NCBI GenBank assembly: GCA_900757595.1
Contig: CAAEOL010000023.1
Span: 2,248-66,247, forward strand
From: an uncultured Collinsella sp.
GTDB lineage: Bacteria > Actinomycetota > Coriobacteriia > Coriobacteriales > Coriobacteriaceae
Direction of reading: 5' to 3'
Length of the DNA: 64,000 nt
Shown: one piece after another, positions 47,570 through 57,068 of the stretch
How positions within the stretch are numbered: the first letter of the stretch is position 1
Layout of the letters: the number at the start of each line of letters is the position of its first letter
The notes under the pieces: generated by a model
The model's database searches: none
The model's input: the letters and a program-made list of their open reading frames with translations, nothing else
Told to the model about the DNA's origin: nothing
Program-made: the position numbers and the translations under genes

Positions 47570-47660
47570 TGGGGATGTTCCTTATCTGCCGGCAGTTTGG
47601 GACACTCCTTTAGTCATTGGGGACGTTCCTAAACGACTAGTCGTTGGGGACAGCCTTGGG
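47570..47660. repeat. GGGGAC-containing REP-like cluster
   Basis: GGGGAYGTTCCT..CTGCCGGCAGT.TGGGACA.TCCTT..TAGTCATTGGGGACGTTC; homologous to 52549-52650. Confidence 0.7.
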
Positions 47661-47744
47661 GCTTCTGCACGCCCTCCCGTTCGGTTTTTTACTGGGTGGG
47701 TATACTTTCCACCGCATTACAGACCGGAATGAGGAGGTATCCAA

Positions 47745-48758
47745 ATGCCGGACAACGGATCGATTCAAAAGAGAGACGCGCACGAGATGGCTCATGGACG
47801 TCCTGTCCAGATAACCGAGCACACGACGGTAACCGAGCTGCAGCCCAGCCTGTCCGATGTCGTGTGCGCAAACAAAAAGCTGCAGATTGGCTTTATCGTT
47901 GCGCTCGTGGTACTGGCGCTGCTGTCGGGCTTTGTAGCTCGTCCGCATTTCGCCGATACCAAGACTTGGGACTCCACCATCGAGGTCATCGATCAAAAGA
48001 AGGGCAATGTTTTGGCGCTTACGACCTCGTGCGTCGCCCTATCTGCGGGTATCACTGCGCTGCCGGGCGATACGGGAACGCCGGTTGCCGAGCAGCTCGC
48101 GCAGCTTTCGGGTAACTTGGGCATCGTGCTTGCCGTGCTCTACCTCGAGAAATACCTGCTGACCATTTTGTGGTCGGTTGGCCTGGGCATCCTGATCCCG
48201 TTTGCGCTGGTGCTCTTTGCGGTGTCGCTCGGCATTCACGGGCGCTGGAGCACGAGCGCCGTCCTGCGCCGCGTGGCGACTCGCGTGCTGGTGGTCGCCA
48301 TGATCGGAATGGCCTTGGTGCCTGCAAGCGTATGGGTGTCGCAAAAGGTCGACGAAACGTATCGAGTGAGCATCGAGCAAGCCGAGCAAAAGGCGGCCGA
48401 CGCTGCGGGTGTGGCAGATGGCGACAGCTCCAAAGCAAGCAAGAAAAAGACCGAGTCCACAGAGTCCAAGAATGTGCTTGAGCAGCTTGCCGACGGCGCC
48501 TCGGGTCTCGTCACATCGGTGACCAGCGGTGCCAAGCAGATGACCGATGAAATTGTGCAGCAGGTGACCGATCTGATCGAAGGTGTCATCGTGATGATCG
48601 TGACCTCGTGCGTGATTCCACTTCTGGTGCTCGCGGCGTTTTTGTGGCTGGGGCACGTGCTACTGGGGATTGATATTTCCGGCCCGGCGAACTATTTGAC
48701 GGGTCGCTTTCTGAGCGCTCCGTCCAAACATGCCAAGAGGAGCGGACGGTCTGAGTAG
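47745..48758 (+). CDS. Hypothetical multi-pass membrane protein
   Basis: RBS GAGGAGG; several TM segments; no family recognised. Confidence 0.75.
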   Translation: MPDNGSIQKRDAHEMAHGRPVQITEHTTVTELQPSLSDVVCANKKLQIGFIVALVVLALLSGFVARPHFADTKTWDSTIEVIDQKKGNVLALTTSCVALSAGITALPGDTGTPVAEQLAQLSGNLGIVLAVLYLEKYLLTILWSVGLGILIPFALVLFAVSLGIHGRWSTSAVLRRVATRVLVVAMIGMALVPASVWVSQKVDETYRVSIEQAEQKAADAAGVADGDSSKASKKKTESTESKNVLEQLADGASGLVTSVTSGAKQMTDEIVQQVTDLIEGVIVMIVTSCVIPLLVLAAFLWLGHVLLGIDISGPANYLTGRFLSAPSKHAKRSGRSE

Positions 48759-49065
48759 CTAAAACAGCTGTATATACCGGGAAATACCGCCGAAGGGCGG
48801 CCGAGACACGTTCTCGGTCGCCCTTTTGTTTGTTGAACACATGGTCGCTACGTCCGCACCGGGTCCAAACGGTCGGCAACCATCCGTGAACGGTATTTGT
48901 TCAAAAAAGAACAAAGATAAACAAATAGTTGTTGCAGTCGATGTTCGAATGTGTTCAAATAAACATGAACAGTGAAGAACCGCACATTCAGATGCCCGGA
49001 CCTGAACGCGATTCAACACTTCCAAACAGAAACTACGCACCTGCGTATCTCTCAAGGAGGATGTC

Positions 49066-49494
49066 ATGAGGGTTGTAATCGCTTCCGATGCCGACGGTAT
49101 GTCGATGAAGGAGTCCATCAAGGAGATGCTCATCGCCGACGGTCACGAGGTCGTCGACTATTCCGAGACCCCTGCCGCGGACTTTGTCGATTCCGCGACC
49201 GCCGTTGCCAAGGACCTGCTGGAGCACAAGGATTCCCAGGGCTTCGCATTCGATAAGTATGGCGTCGGCTCCTATATGGCCGCCGTCAAGATTAAGGGCA
49301 TGGTCGTCGCCAACATTTCCGACGAGCGTTCCGCCTACATGACCCGCGAGCACAACGGCTCGCGCATGGTCACCATGGGCCCGGGCGTTGTGGGCACCGA
49401 GGTCGCCAAGAAGATCGCCCGCGAGTTCCTGCGCGCCCAGTACGCCGGCGGCCGTCACCAGATCCGTGTCGACATGCTCAACAAGATGGCCTAA
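49066..49494 (+). CDS. lacA: Galactose-6-phosphate isomerase subunit A
   Basis: SDERSAYMTREHN, YAGGRHQIRVDMLNKM. Confidence 0.95.
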   Translation: MRVVIASDADGMSMKESIKEMLIADGHEVVDYSETPAADFVDSATAVAKDLLEHKDSQGFAFDKYGVGSYMAAVKIKGMVVANISDERSAYMTREHNGSRMVTMGPGVVGTEVAKKIAREFLRAQYAGGRHQIRVDMLNKMA

Positions 49495-49557
49495 CGAGAG
49501 CCACCGAGAACTCGAACTTCTACCTCAACTTGTGAATTCAGACGAAAGGACGTTCTG

Positions 49558-50082
49558 ATGAAGAAGACCATCGCAATCGGTTGCGACCATATCGTTACGG
49601 ACGAGAAGATCTATCTGGCCGACCGCCTGGAGCAGGCTGGCTACAAGGTGCTTGACTGCGGCACCTACAGCCACACCCGTACGCACTATCCCATCTACGG
49701 TAAGGCCGTGGGCGAGGCTGTTGCCAGCGGCAAGGCCGACTTTGGCGTGGCCCTGTGCGGCACCGGCATCGGCATCACCAACGCCGTCAACAAGGTTCCC
49801 GGCGCCCGCTGCGCCCTGGTTCGCGACATGACCTCTGCCCTGTATGCCCGTCGCGAGCTCAACGCCAACATCGTGGGCTTTGGCGGCAAGATCACCGGCG
49901 AGTTCCTGATGGCCGACATCATGCTTGCCTTCCTGGAGGAGCCCTACGAGAAGACCCCCGAGCACGATGCCCTGATTGCCAAGATCGATGCCTGCAATAA
50001 GGCCGACGCTGAGGCTCAGGCTGACCCGCACTTCTTTGACGAGTTCCTCGAGAAGTGGGACCGTGGCGAATACCACGACTAA
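49558..50082 (+). CDS. lacB: Galactose-6-phosphate isomerase subunit B
   Basis: [37 protein letters not shown]. Confidence 0.95.
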   Translation: MKKTIAIGCDHIVTDEKIYLADRLEQAGYKVLDCGTYSHTRTHYPIYGKAVGEAVASGKADFGVALCGTGIGITNAVNKVPGARCALVRDMTSALYARRELNANIVGFGGKITGEFLMADIMLAFLEEPYEKTPEHDALIAKIDACNKADAEAQADPHFFDEFLEKWDRGEYHD

Positions 50083-50461
50083 GGAGGTTACGCGGTTTTG
50101 CCAAACCGCGTAACGGGTCGACGCTGCGCGGCGCTCAGGCACCCCATCTCGCCGCTTAAACCGTCGCTCGCGTACATGAAGTACGCGTCGCTCCTCTTTC
50201 GCGGCGACCTGGGGCACCTGATCGCCGCTCGCTGACGTTGGGGACACCTGTGGGGTTTGTCCTTGTTGTTGCGAAGCTTTCTGGTACAGCTAGCTGCTCC
50301 GATAACACGTTTGCTTGCTTGGCTTGAGTGCTTCGCTCTTGGCGGTCCCCGGCATTCTGCAGCTTTTCAATTGACGGCTCGCGTTTCTGTGAGGGGGCGC
50401 GGGCCGGTTTTCTATCAGCCCTATTGACTTGGCGGGCTGTCGTAAGAAAGGGAAGGCTCCT

Positions 50462-51343
50462 ATGGAGTTTGTTCTTGATAACGGTTCTATCCGCGTGGCA
50501 CTGAGCACGGCGGGCGGGTCGTTCACTTCTATTACGGCCAACGGCCGTGAGTACCTGTGGCAGGGCGACCCGGCGGTGTGGTCGGGCCAGGCACCCATTT
50601 GTTTCCCGATCTGCGGCGGCCTTCGTGACGGTCGCGCAATGACCATGGGCGGCCGCGAGGTCAAGCTCGCCCGCCACGGCTTTGCTCGCAAGCAGGAGTG
50701 GAAGCTCGAGGAGCAGAGCGACAACATGGTTGTGCTGAGCTTAAGCTCTGCCGACCATGCCGAGTTGCTCGAACAGTACCCGTATCCGTTTAAGATCGTT
50801 GCTCGTTACACGATCGATGCGGAGAAGGTGGCCGTGTCGTACGAGGTGACCAATGAGGGCACCGAGGACATGCCGTTCTTTGTGGGCGGTCACCCTGGCT
50901 TTAAGTGCCCGCTTGACGAGGGCGAGTCCTACGACGACTACGAGCTCCGTTTTGAGCAGCGCGGGGCCGCCGAGCTCTGTACTGCCGTTCCCTCGACGGG
51001 CCTGATTGATGTTGAGCATCGCAGCAAGAACCCGATGGTTGGCCATGACCTGCCGCTGACCCACGAACTCTTTGACTTCGCAGAGACCATCTTTGACGTG
51101 CTCGAGAGCCGCGTGGTTACGTTGACCAAGAAAACCGAGGACAAGGGCGTGCGCCTGACGTTCCCCGATATGCCGTACCTGATTGTGTGGAGCAAGCCCG
51201 AGGGCGACTTTGTGGCTGTTGAACCGTGGGGTGGTCTGTCCACCTGCTCCGACGAGGACGATATTCTGGAGCACAAGCGTGGCTGCCTGGTGGCCAAGCC
51301 GGGGGAGACCGTCACTCGCGGCTTTGAGATCGAGATCCTTTAA
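50462..51343 (+). CDS. lacX: Aldose 1-epimerase family, LacX-like (copy 2)
   Basis: Closely colinear with 24138-25019. Confidence 0.88.
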   Translation: MEFVLDNGSIRVALSTAGGSFTSITANGREYLWQGDPAVWSGQAPICFPICGGLRDGRAMTMGGREVKLARHGFARKQEWKLEEQSDNMVVLSLSSADHAELLEQYPYPFKIVARYTIDAEKVAVSYEVTNEGTEDMPFFVGGHPGFKCPLDEGESYDDYELRFEQRGAAELCTAVPSTGLIDVEHRSKNPMVGHDLPLTHELFDFAETIFDVLESRVVTLTKKTEDKGVRLTFPDMPYLIVWSKPEGDFVAVEPWGGLSTCSDEDDILEHKRGCLVAKPGETVTRGFEIEIL

Positions 51344-51396
51344 CGAGTTATCGTATGTTTGGGGCGGGTTATGCCGTCCCGGAACAGGAGTTCAAC

Positions 51397-52332
51397 ATGA
51401 TTCTGACCGTTACCATGAACCCGTCGATTGATACGCGCTATCAGCTCGACAAGCTGATCATCGACGATGTTAACCGTGTGACGCCCGAAAAGACCGCTGG
51501 CGGCAAGGGCCTCAACGTGAGCCGTGTGTTGCTGCAGTTGGGCGACGATGTGCTCGCGACTGGTCTGCTCGGCGGCCACATGGGTGCCTATATGGCCGAG
51601 CTTATGGATGCCGACGGCGTCAAGAACGACTTTGTGCCCATCGCCGGTGAGACGCGTATTTGCCTGAATATCCTGCACGAGGGTAATCAGACCGAGCTGC
51701 TGGAGAGCGGTCCGCAGATCGCCCCGGCCGAGCTCGAGGCCTTTACGGCCAAGTTTGCCGAGCTTGCAGCGAAGGCGGACGTTGTGACGCTTTCGGGCTC
51801 GCTGCCGCGTGGCGTCGATGCCGGCTACTATGCCGAGCTCGTCAAGATCGCCGAGGAGGCGGGCGCCAAGGTGCTGCTCGACACCTCGGGTGCATCGCTT
51901 GAGGCCGCGCTGGAGTCTGACGCTAAGCCTGAGCTCGTAAAGCCCAACCTGACCGAGATTAACGGCCTGCTGGGTACGTCCTTTACGACCGATGATGTCG
52001 ATGCCCTGCGCGAGGCGCTTGCCGCCGATGACCGCTTTGCCGGTATTCCCTGGGTCGTCGTTTCGATGGGCGCCGCCGGTTCGGTGGGCTTCCATGAGGG
52101 CCGCGCGTTCCGCGCCAAGACGCCCGCGATTGCGGCTGTGAACGCAACGGGTTCCGGTGACTCGACCATCGCCGGCTTTGCGCATGCCATTGCGGCTGGT
52201 GCCGACGACGTCACGGTGCTCAAGACCGCCAATACCTGCGGCAAGCTCAACGCCATGGATCCCAAGACCGGCCACCTGGTCATGGACCGCTGGGACGAGA
52301 TCTTCAACAACGTTGAAGTAACGGAGCTTTAG
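51397..52332 (+). CDS. lacC: Tagatose-6-phosphate kinase (copy 2)
   Basis: Closely colinear with 25079-26014. Confidence 0.9.
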   Translation: MILTVTMNPSIDTRYQLDKLIIDDVNRVTPEKTAGGKGLNVSRVLLQLGDDVLATGLLGGHMGAYMAELMDADGVKNDFVPIAGETRICLNILHEGNQTELLESGPQIAPAELEAFTAKFAELAAKADVVTLSGSLPRGVDAGYYAELVKIAEEAGAKVLLDTSGASLEAALESDAKPELVKPNLTEINGLLGTSFTTDDVDALREALAADDRFAGIPWVVVSMGAAGSVGFHEGRAFRAKTPAIAAVNATGSGDSTIAGFAHAIAAGADDVTVLKTANTCGKLNAMDPKTGHLVMDRWDEIFNNVEVTEL

Positions 52333-52548
52333 GGTTACGCGGTTTACCAAACCTATTGGTTCCGCCGTTCTACCGAACGGCGGACCGGCCGACGCTGCGC
52401 GGGCCGCATTTGGACAATCTGACGTTCAACTTCAAGGGCGCGACCAGAAGGTCAGCGCCCTTTCGTTTCGCGTCACCTTGTCTCAAATGCGACCCGCTCG
52501 CTGTCCGTCCTCTACCTGCGGCGTTGTCTTGCTCCGGATGCGGCAGTT

Positions 52549-52650
52549 AGGGACGTTCCTTTTCTGCCGGCAGTCTGGGACATTCCTTGGGGTAGTCATT
52601 GGGGACGTTCTTTAATAACTAGTCGTTTAAGAACGTCCCCGATGACTACA
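52549..52650. repeat. GGGGAC-containing REP-like cluster
   Basis: Homologous to 47570-47660; includes hairpin GTAGTCATTGGGGACGTTCTT/AAGAACGTCCCCGATGACTAC. Confidence 0.7.
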
Positions 52651-52744
52651 CTCAAAAACGGCGCCCGTCGGCGATGTTGCCGGCGGGCGCCGTTGTCATG
52701 TGGGCGGTTATGTTGTGGCCGCTGATGAGGCTCGAACTCGCATG

Positions 52745-54364
52745 CTACAGCGAGTCGATAAAGCGCTGCTGGGCGGCACGTCCTGCCTCGTCCCACTTAA
52801 AGACACCGGCGTTGTCGAGCACGTGGCCAAACACCACGCCGACCTCCTCGTGCAGGATATCGATGGCGTTGTCGGCCGTAAGCTCGTCGGCGCGGCGAGC
52901 AAAGACGTCCTCGGCCCACGCGGCATGGCTGCGACAAAGATCATCGCCCTCGAGCGCACCGGCAAGATCGTAGCTGGCATCGACCTTGGCTGCCAGTAGA
53001 TGCTCACGGACAGCGCCAAGCTCGGGAACCAGGCGCGGCGGCAGAATGGCCAGGCCCATGACCTCGATCAGGCCGATGTTCTCCTTCTTAATGTGGTGGT
53101 ACTCGGCATGCGGATGGAAAACGCCCAGCGGATGCTCGTCGGTCGTGATGTTGCAGCGAAGCGCCAGGTAGGCCTCGTAGATTTCGCCGCCGGCATTTCC
53201 GCGAGAGTCGACGCGGCGGATGACGGGCGTCACGGTGTTGTGGGCCACGCCGTCGGCTGTGTGCGCGATGACGCCTACAGACTCATCGGTCCACTCGCGC
53301 CAAGCGAGGATAATCTTCTCGGCAGCGTCGAGCAACTGGGCGCGGTCATGCGAGCGCAGGCGCAGCACCGAGAGCGGCCACTGCAGCACGGTACCGCTGA
53401 CCTGGTCAAAACCGGGCACGCTAAACTGCGAGACCTCGGCGGCATGCATCATGGGGAACTCGTGTGCGCCGCCCTGGAAGTGGTCGTGCGACAAGATCGA
53501 GCCGCCCACGATGGGCAGGTCGGCGTTGGAGCCGATGAAGTAATGCGGGAACAGGTCCACAAAATCGAGCAGGCAGGTCAGACCCTTGCGGTCGACGTGC
53601 ATCGGACGATGCTCGGAGCTCATGGCAATGCAGTGCTCATTAAAGTACGCGTACGGGCTGTACTGGAAACCCCAGCGCTCGCCGTCGAGCTGGATGGGGA
53701 TAACGCGCAGATTCTGGCGGGCGGGGTGAGCGCCACCGTCGGCTGCGGCGGAGCGTCCGGGGTAGCCCTCGTTTTCAATGCAGAGCTGACAGGCGGGATA
53801 CTTCTCGCCCGTGTTCTTTGCGGCGCCGGCCGCGGCAATGTCGCGCGGATCCTTTTCGGGCTTTGACAGGTTGATGGTGATCTCCAGGTCGCCCCAGTTG
53901 GTGGGGGTGCTCCATTTGATATTGCGCGCGATGGCGGCACGACGCACGTAGCCGGCGTCGCAGCACAGACCGTAGAACCAGTCGGTCGCGGCGCGGGGCT
54001 CGTTGACGCCCATACGGCCGTTGAATTCCTCGTTTACAACCGAAGGCCTCGGCATCAGCACACCCATGATGCGCATGGCGATGCGATCGCGGCCCGATGC
54101 CGTATCCTCGGCAGCACCGTTGGCAACGGCGGCCTCGGAAAGCGCGGCAAGCGTGCCCTCCAGGTCAAAATCGGGGAGCGTATCGGGGTGCAAGAGCGAG
54201 AGCTTCTCGTTCTGCAGCGCCCAGGCCATATCGAGCGCCGGTCCCGTAGCGCCGATGCACTCCAAAATGGTGTTGTAGGCCCAGATGCGGTCGTCCTGTC
54301 CGATCATCGATCGGTGGATGGCATACTCAATCAGGCCCTGCGCGGCCTCGCGCACATCAGTCAT
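52745..54364 (-). CDS. galT: Galactose-1-phosphate uridylyltransferase (class II)
   Basis: ITINLSKPEKDP, HPARQNLR, GSNADLPIVGGSILSHDHFQGG, HIKKENIGLIEVMG; TAATG overlap with galK. Confidence 0.95.
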   Translation of the reverse strand: MTDVREAAQGLIEYAIHRSMIGQDDRIWAYNTILECIGATGPALDMAWALQNEKLSLLHPDTLPDFDLEGTLAALSEAAVANGAAEDTASGRDRIAMRIMGVLMPRPSVVNEEFNGRMGVNEPRAATDWFYGLCCDAGYVRRAAIARNIKWSTPTNWGDLEITINLSKPEKDPRDIAAAGAAKNTGEKYPACQLCIENEGYPGRSAAADGGAHPARQNLRVIPIQLDGERWGFQYSPYAYFNEHCIAMSSEHRPMHVDRKGLTCLLDFVDLFPHYFIGSNADLPIVGGSILSHDHFQGGAHEFPMMHAAEVSQFSVPGFDQVSGTVLQWPLSVLRLRSHDRAQLLDAAEKIILAWREWTDESVGVIAHTADGVAHNTVTPVIRRVDSRGNAGGEIYEAYLALRCNITTDEHPLGVFHPHAEYHHIKKENIGLIEVMGLAILPPRLVPELGAVREHLLAAKVDASYDLAGALEGDDLCRSHAAWAEDVFARRADELTADNAIDILHEEVGVVFGHVLDNAGVFKWDEAGRAAQQRFIDSL

Positions 54365-55569
54365 TACAGCCATGCCGCGTAAGCCCCCTTGTCAGAGATT
54401 GCGTAGTGGCGGGCAGAACCCTCGCCCAGCCAGCTGTTCATCTTGGTGATAAAGGTGTCGACCAGATCGAGCGGCACGAAGGCCTGGATGGTGCCGCCAA
54501 AGCCACCGCCGTGGATGCGGACGGCGCCGCGGCCGTCGAGCACATGTTCGGCAAGGGCAAGCGCATACATGGAGGGCTGCTCGGAGCCCAGTTTGGCAAC
54601 GACATTCTGCAGGTACATGGCAGAGCTGGCGCCGGACTCGCGCGTCAGGACCAGGAACTGGTCGATGTCGCCGGCGTTCAGGGCAGCCCAGCGCTTGTCG
54701 ACCAGGCCGTTTTCGTACCAGTAGTGAACGGCACGCAGGCAGGCGCGGTCGCCCAGCTTGGCGCGCAGCTCGGGGAGCTTGGCGTCAAAGTCGGCAACGT
54801 TTACCTCGCACAGGCGTGCCTTGCCAAACTCGGCGGCGACGTCCTGCATCTCGCGCGGAACGGCGGCGTAGTCGTCGGTGGCTGCCACATGGTCGGCGCC
54901 AACCTTAACGAGCACGAGCGCATAGCCGTGATCCTCAAAGTTGAGCTCGAGCTTCTGGGTTTTAGGCTGAGCCTGGTCCTCAAAGTCCATGTAGGCAAGG
55001 CCGCCCAGGCACACGGCGGCCTGGTCCATCAGACCGCAGGGCTTGCCGTAATAGTTGTTCTCGGTGCGCTGGCTCATCTGCGCGAGCGCGACGGGCTCGA
55101 TGGCGGGTGCGCCCCAGAGGGTTTCCATGGCGCGACCGTACGCGGCCTCGACGGCGGCAGAGCTGGAAAGACCGCCGCCCGAGGGGACGGAGCAGGTAAA
55201 GGCAAAGTCGAAGCCGTGGGGCTCAACGCCAAGGGCTGCAATCTCGTGGGCCATGCCGCGGACGAGGCTTGCGGACGTGCCCTTCTCGGACTCCTGAACG
55301 TCTAGCGTGTCGAGCGCGATTTCAAACGTGGGATAGCCCTCGTCGGCTACGCGAACCTTGTTGGAATCGGTTGCCACGGCGATGCCGTCGACGGCGACAT
55401 CGAGCGAGCCGGCGATAACGTGGCCACCCTCGTGGTCGGTGTGGTTGCCGCTGATCTCGGAGCGGCCGGGCGCGTGCACATAGAGCACCTGGCGATCGCC
55501 GATGGGCCCAAACTCCTCCTCGAACAGCTTGGTGAGCGTGGCGAGTGTCTTTTCGTCGGGGGTGGTCAT
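54364..55569 (-). CDS. galK: Galactokinase
   Basis: APGRSEISGNHTDH, PSGGGLSSSAA, CGLMDQ, GGGFGG. Confidence 0.93.
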   Translation of the reverse strand: MTTPDEKTLATLTKLFEEEFGPIGDRQVLYVHAPGRSEISGNHTDHEGGHVIAGSLDVAVDGIAVATDSNKVRVADEGYPTFEIALDTLDVQESEKGTSASLVRGMAHEIAALGVEPHGFDFAFTCSVPSGGGLSSSAAVEAAYGRAMETLWGAPAIEPVALAQMSQRTENNYYGKPCGLMDQAAVCLGGLAYMDFEDQAQPKTQKLELNFEDHGYALVLVKVGADHVAATDDYAAVPREMQDVAAEFGKARLCEVNVADFDAKLPELRAKLGDRACLRAVHYWYENGLVDKRWAALNAGDIDQFLVLTRESGASSAMYLQNVVAKLGSEQPSMYALALAEHVLDGRGAVRIHGGGFGGTIQAFVPLDLVDTFITKMNSWLGEGSARHYAISDKGAYAAWL

Positions 55570-55612
55570 GGGAGTCCTTTCCTTGGCGCATACTGACGAG
55601 TTTTCCGTCGTA

Positions 55613-55815
55613 GTGAGTACGTTAACAATCTGAAGCGGCGTGAACTCAGCATCTACGATGCCGCACGTTACGGGCTATGTTAACGTACTCATAACACAAC
55701 GCTTATCACTTTTTGAGAATCTGGTAATCGGTAGAAATTCAGCCGTGAACGGTATTGCCGTATGGACTTATAGAGCAGAAGAGTTGCGGATTGAAAAAGT
55801 AGAGTACGTTAACAT
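55613..55815. promoter_or_regulatory. Three LacI-type operators between galK and LacI 4
   Basis: GTGAGTACGTTAACAA (55613), ATGTTAACGTACTCAT (55677), TAGAGTACGTTAACAT (55800). Confidence 0.72.
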
Positions 55816-55907
55816 GCGTCCGACGATAGCGGGCCTCGGCGCGGGGTGTATTTCTGCCCGGGCCGGCATGCACGCTATTCAGATCTCGCAACGGTGAAGG
55901 TGATCCT

Positions 55908-56939
55908 GTGGCAAGGCGCCCGTCCAACGATACAGGTACGCGTCCGGTCTCCATGGCCGACGTCGCCCGCGCTGCTGGCGTTTCGCAGCAGACGGTTTCG
56001 CGCGTCGCCAACGGCTTGCCCAACGTTAACGAGCAGACGCGCCAGCGCGTGCAGGCCGCTATGCAAGAGCTCGGCTTTCGTCCGAGTTATGCCGGTCGCT
56101 CGCTGCGCGACGGCCGCTACCATTCGGTCGGTCTGTGCGTCAACGATGTCACCAAGTTTGGCAACCTCTCAATGATCGACGGCATCGCCAGCGCTGCTCG
56201 CGAGCATAATTGCGCCATCACGCTGGTCGAGATGTCCAAGACCGAGGAGTTTTCGCTTGCCGAGGCAACGCGTCGTATGGCCGCGCTGCCTGTGGACGGC
56301 ATCATTATCGGCATGAGCCGTATGGCGCCCGATTTTGAGACGTTTGATCCACTGCCGGGCATTGGCACGGTCATCGTTACCATGTACGCGCACCCGCGGG
56401 TGACCACGGTAGACTCCGATCATTACGGCTGCTCGCTCTTGCTTATGAATCACCTGTTTGAGCTGGGGCATGAGCAAATTCGCTATATTGGCGGCCCGTC
56501 GTTCTCGGTCGACGAGCAATTTCGTCGAGCCGGTTGGCAGGATGCGCTCGAGCGTAGGCACATTAAGCCGCAGACGCCGCTCGAGGGCGACTGGTCTGCC
56601 AACAGCGGTTACGAGGCCGGCAGATATCTGGCCGAGCACGACCGCACCATGACGGCGATTTACGCGGCAAACGACCAGATGGCAAACGGCGCAATTGCAG
56701 CGCTGCGCGATAGTGGCTTGCGCGTGCCCGAGGACGTGAGCGTGGTGGGTGTCGATGATTCGCTCGATGATTTTGTGGCACACAACGAGCTCACGACCGT
56801 GCGATTTGATCTACATCAGCGCGGACGCGAGGTATTCGAGCATGCGGTTCCCGAGGCGGGTACGGCGGGCAAAACCGTTGCCATTCGTATTCCCGGCCAG
56901 CTCATTATTCGACATAGCACGGCGGTACCGCGCGCATAG
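55908..56939 (+). CDS. LacI-family regulator 4 (GalR-like by context)
   Basis: MADVARAAGVSQQTVSRVANG; divergent from galKT. Confidence 0.93.
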   Translation: MARRPSNDTGTRPVSMADVARAAGVSQQTVSRVANGLPNVNEQTRQRVQAAMQELGFRPSYAGRSLRDGRYHSVGLCVNDVTKFGNLSMIDGIASAAREHNCAITLVEMSKTEEFSLAEATRRMAALPVDGIIIGMSRMAPDFETFDPLPGIGTVIVTMYAHPRVTTVDSDHYGCSLLLMNHLFELGHEQIRYIGGPSFSVDEQFRRAGWQDALERRHIKPQTPLEGDWSANSGYEAGRYLAEHDRTMTAIYAANDQMANGAIAALRDSGLRVPEDVSVVGVDDSLDDFVAHNELTTVRFDLHQRGREVFEHAVPEAGTAGKTVAIRIPGQLIIRHSTAVPRA

Positions 56940-57068
56940 TTTGCGCAGGTAAACGGCGATTTATCGTATTTCAATAACAATCGGTATGGATGCCGGCAGA
57001 TAACAGCTGGGATACTGCCGAGTGTTATGATAGACGGGTTCTTTTGTCTATCTAGGAGGCTTTGCCTG

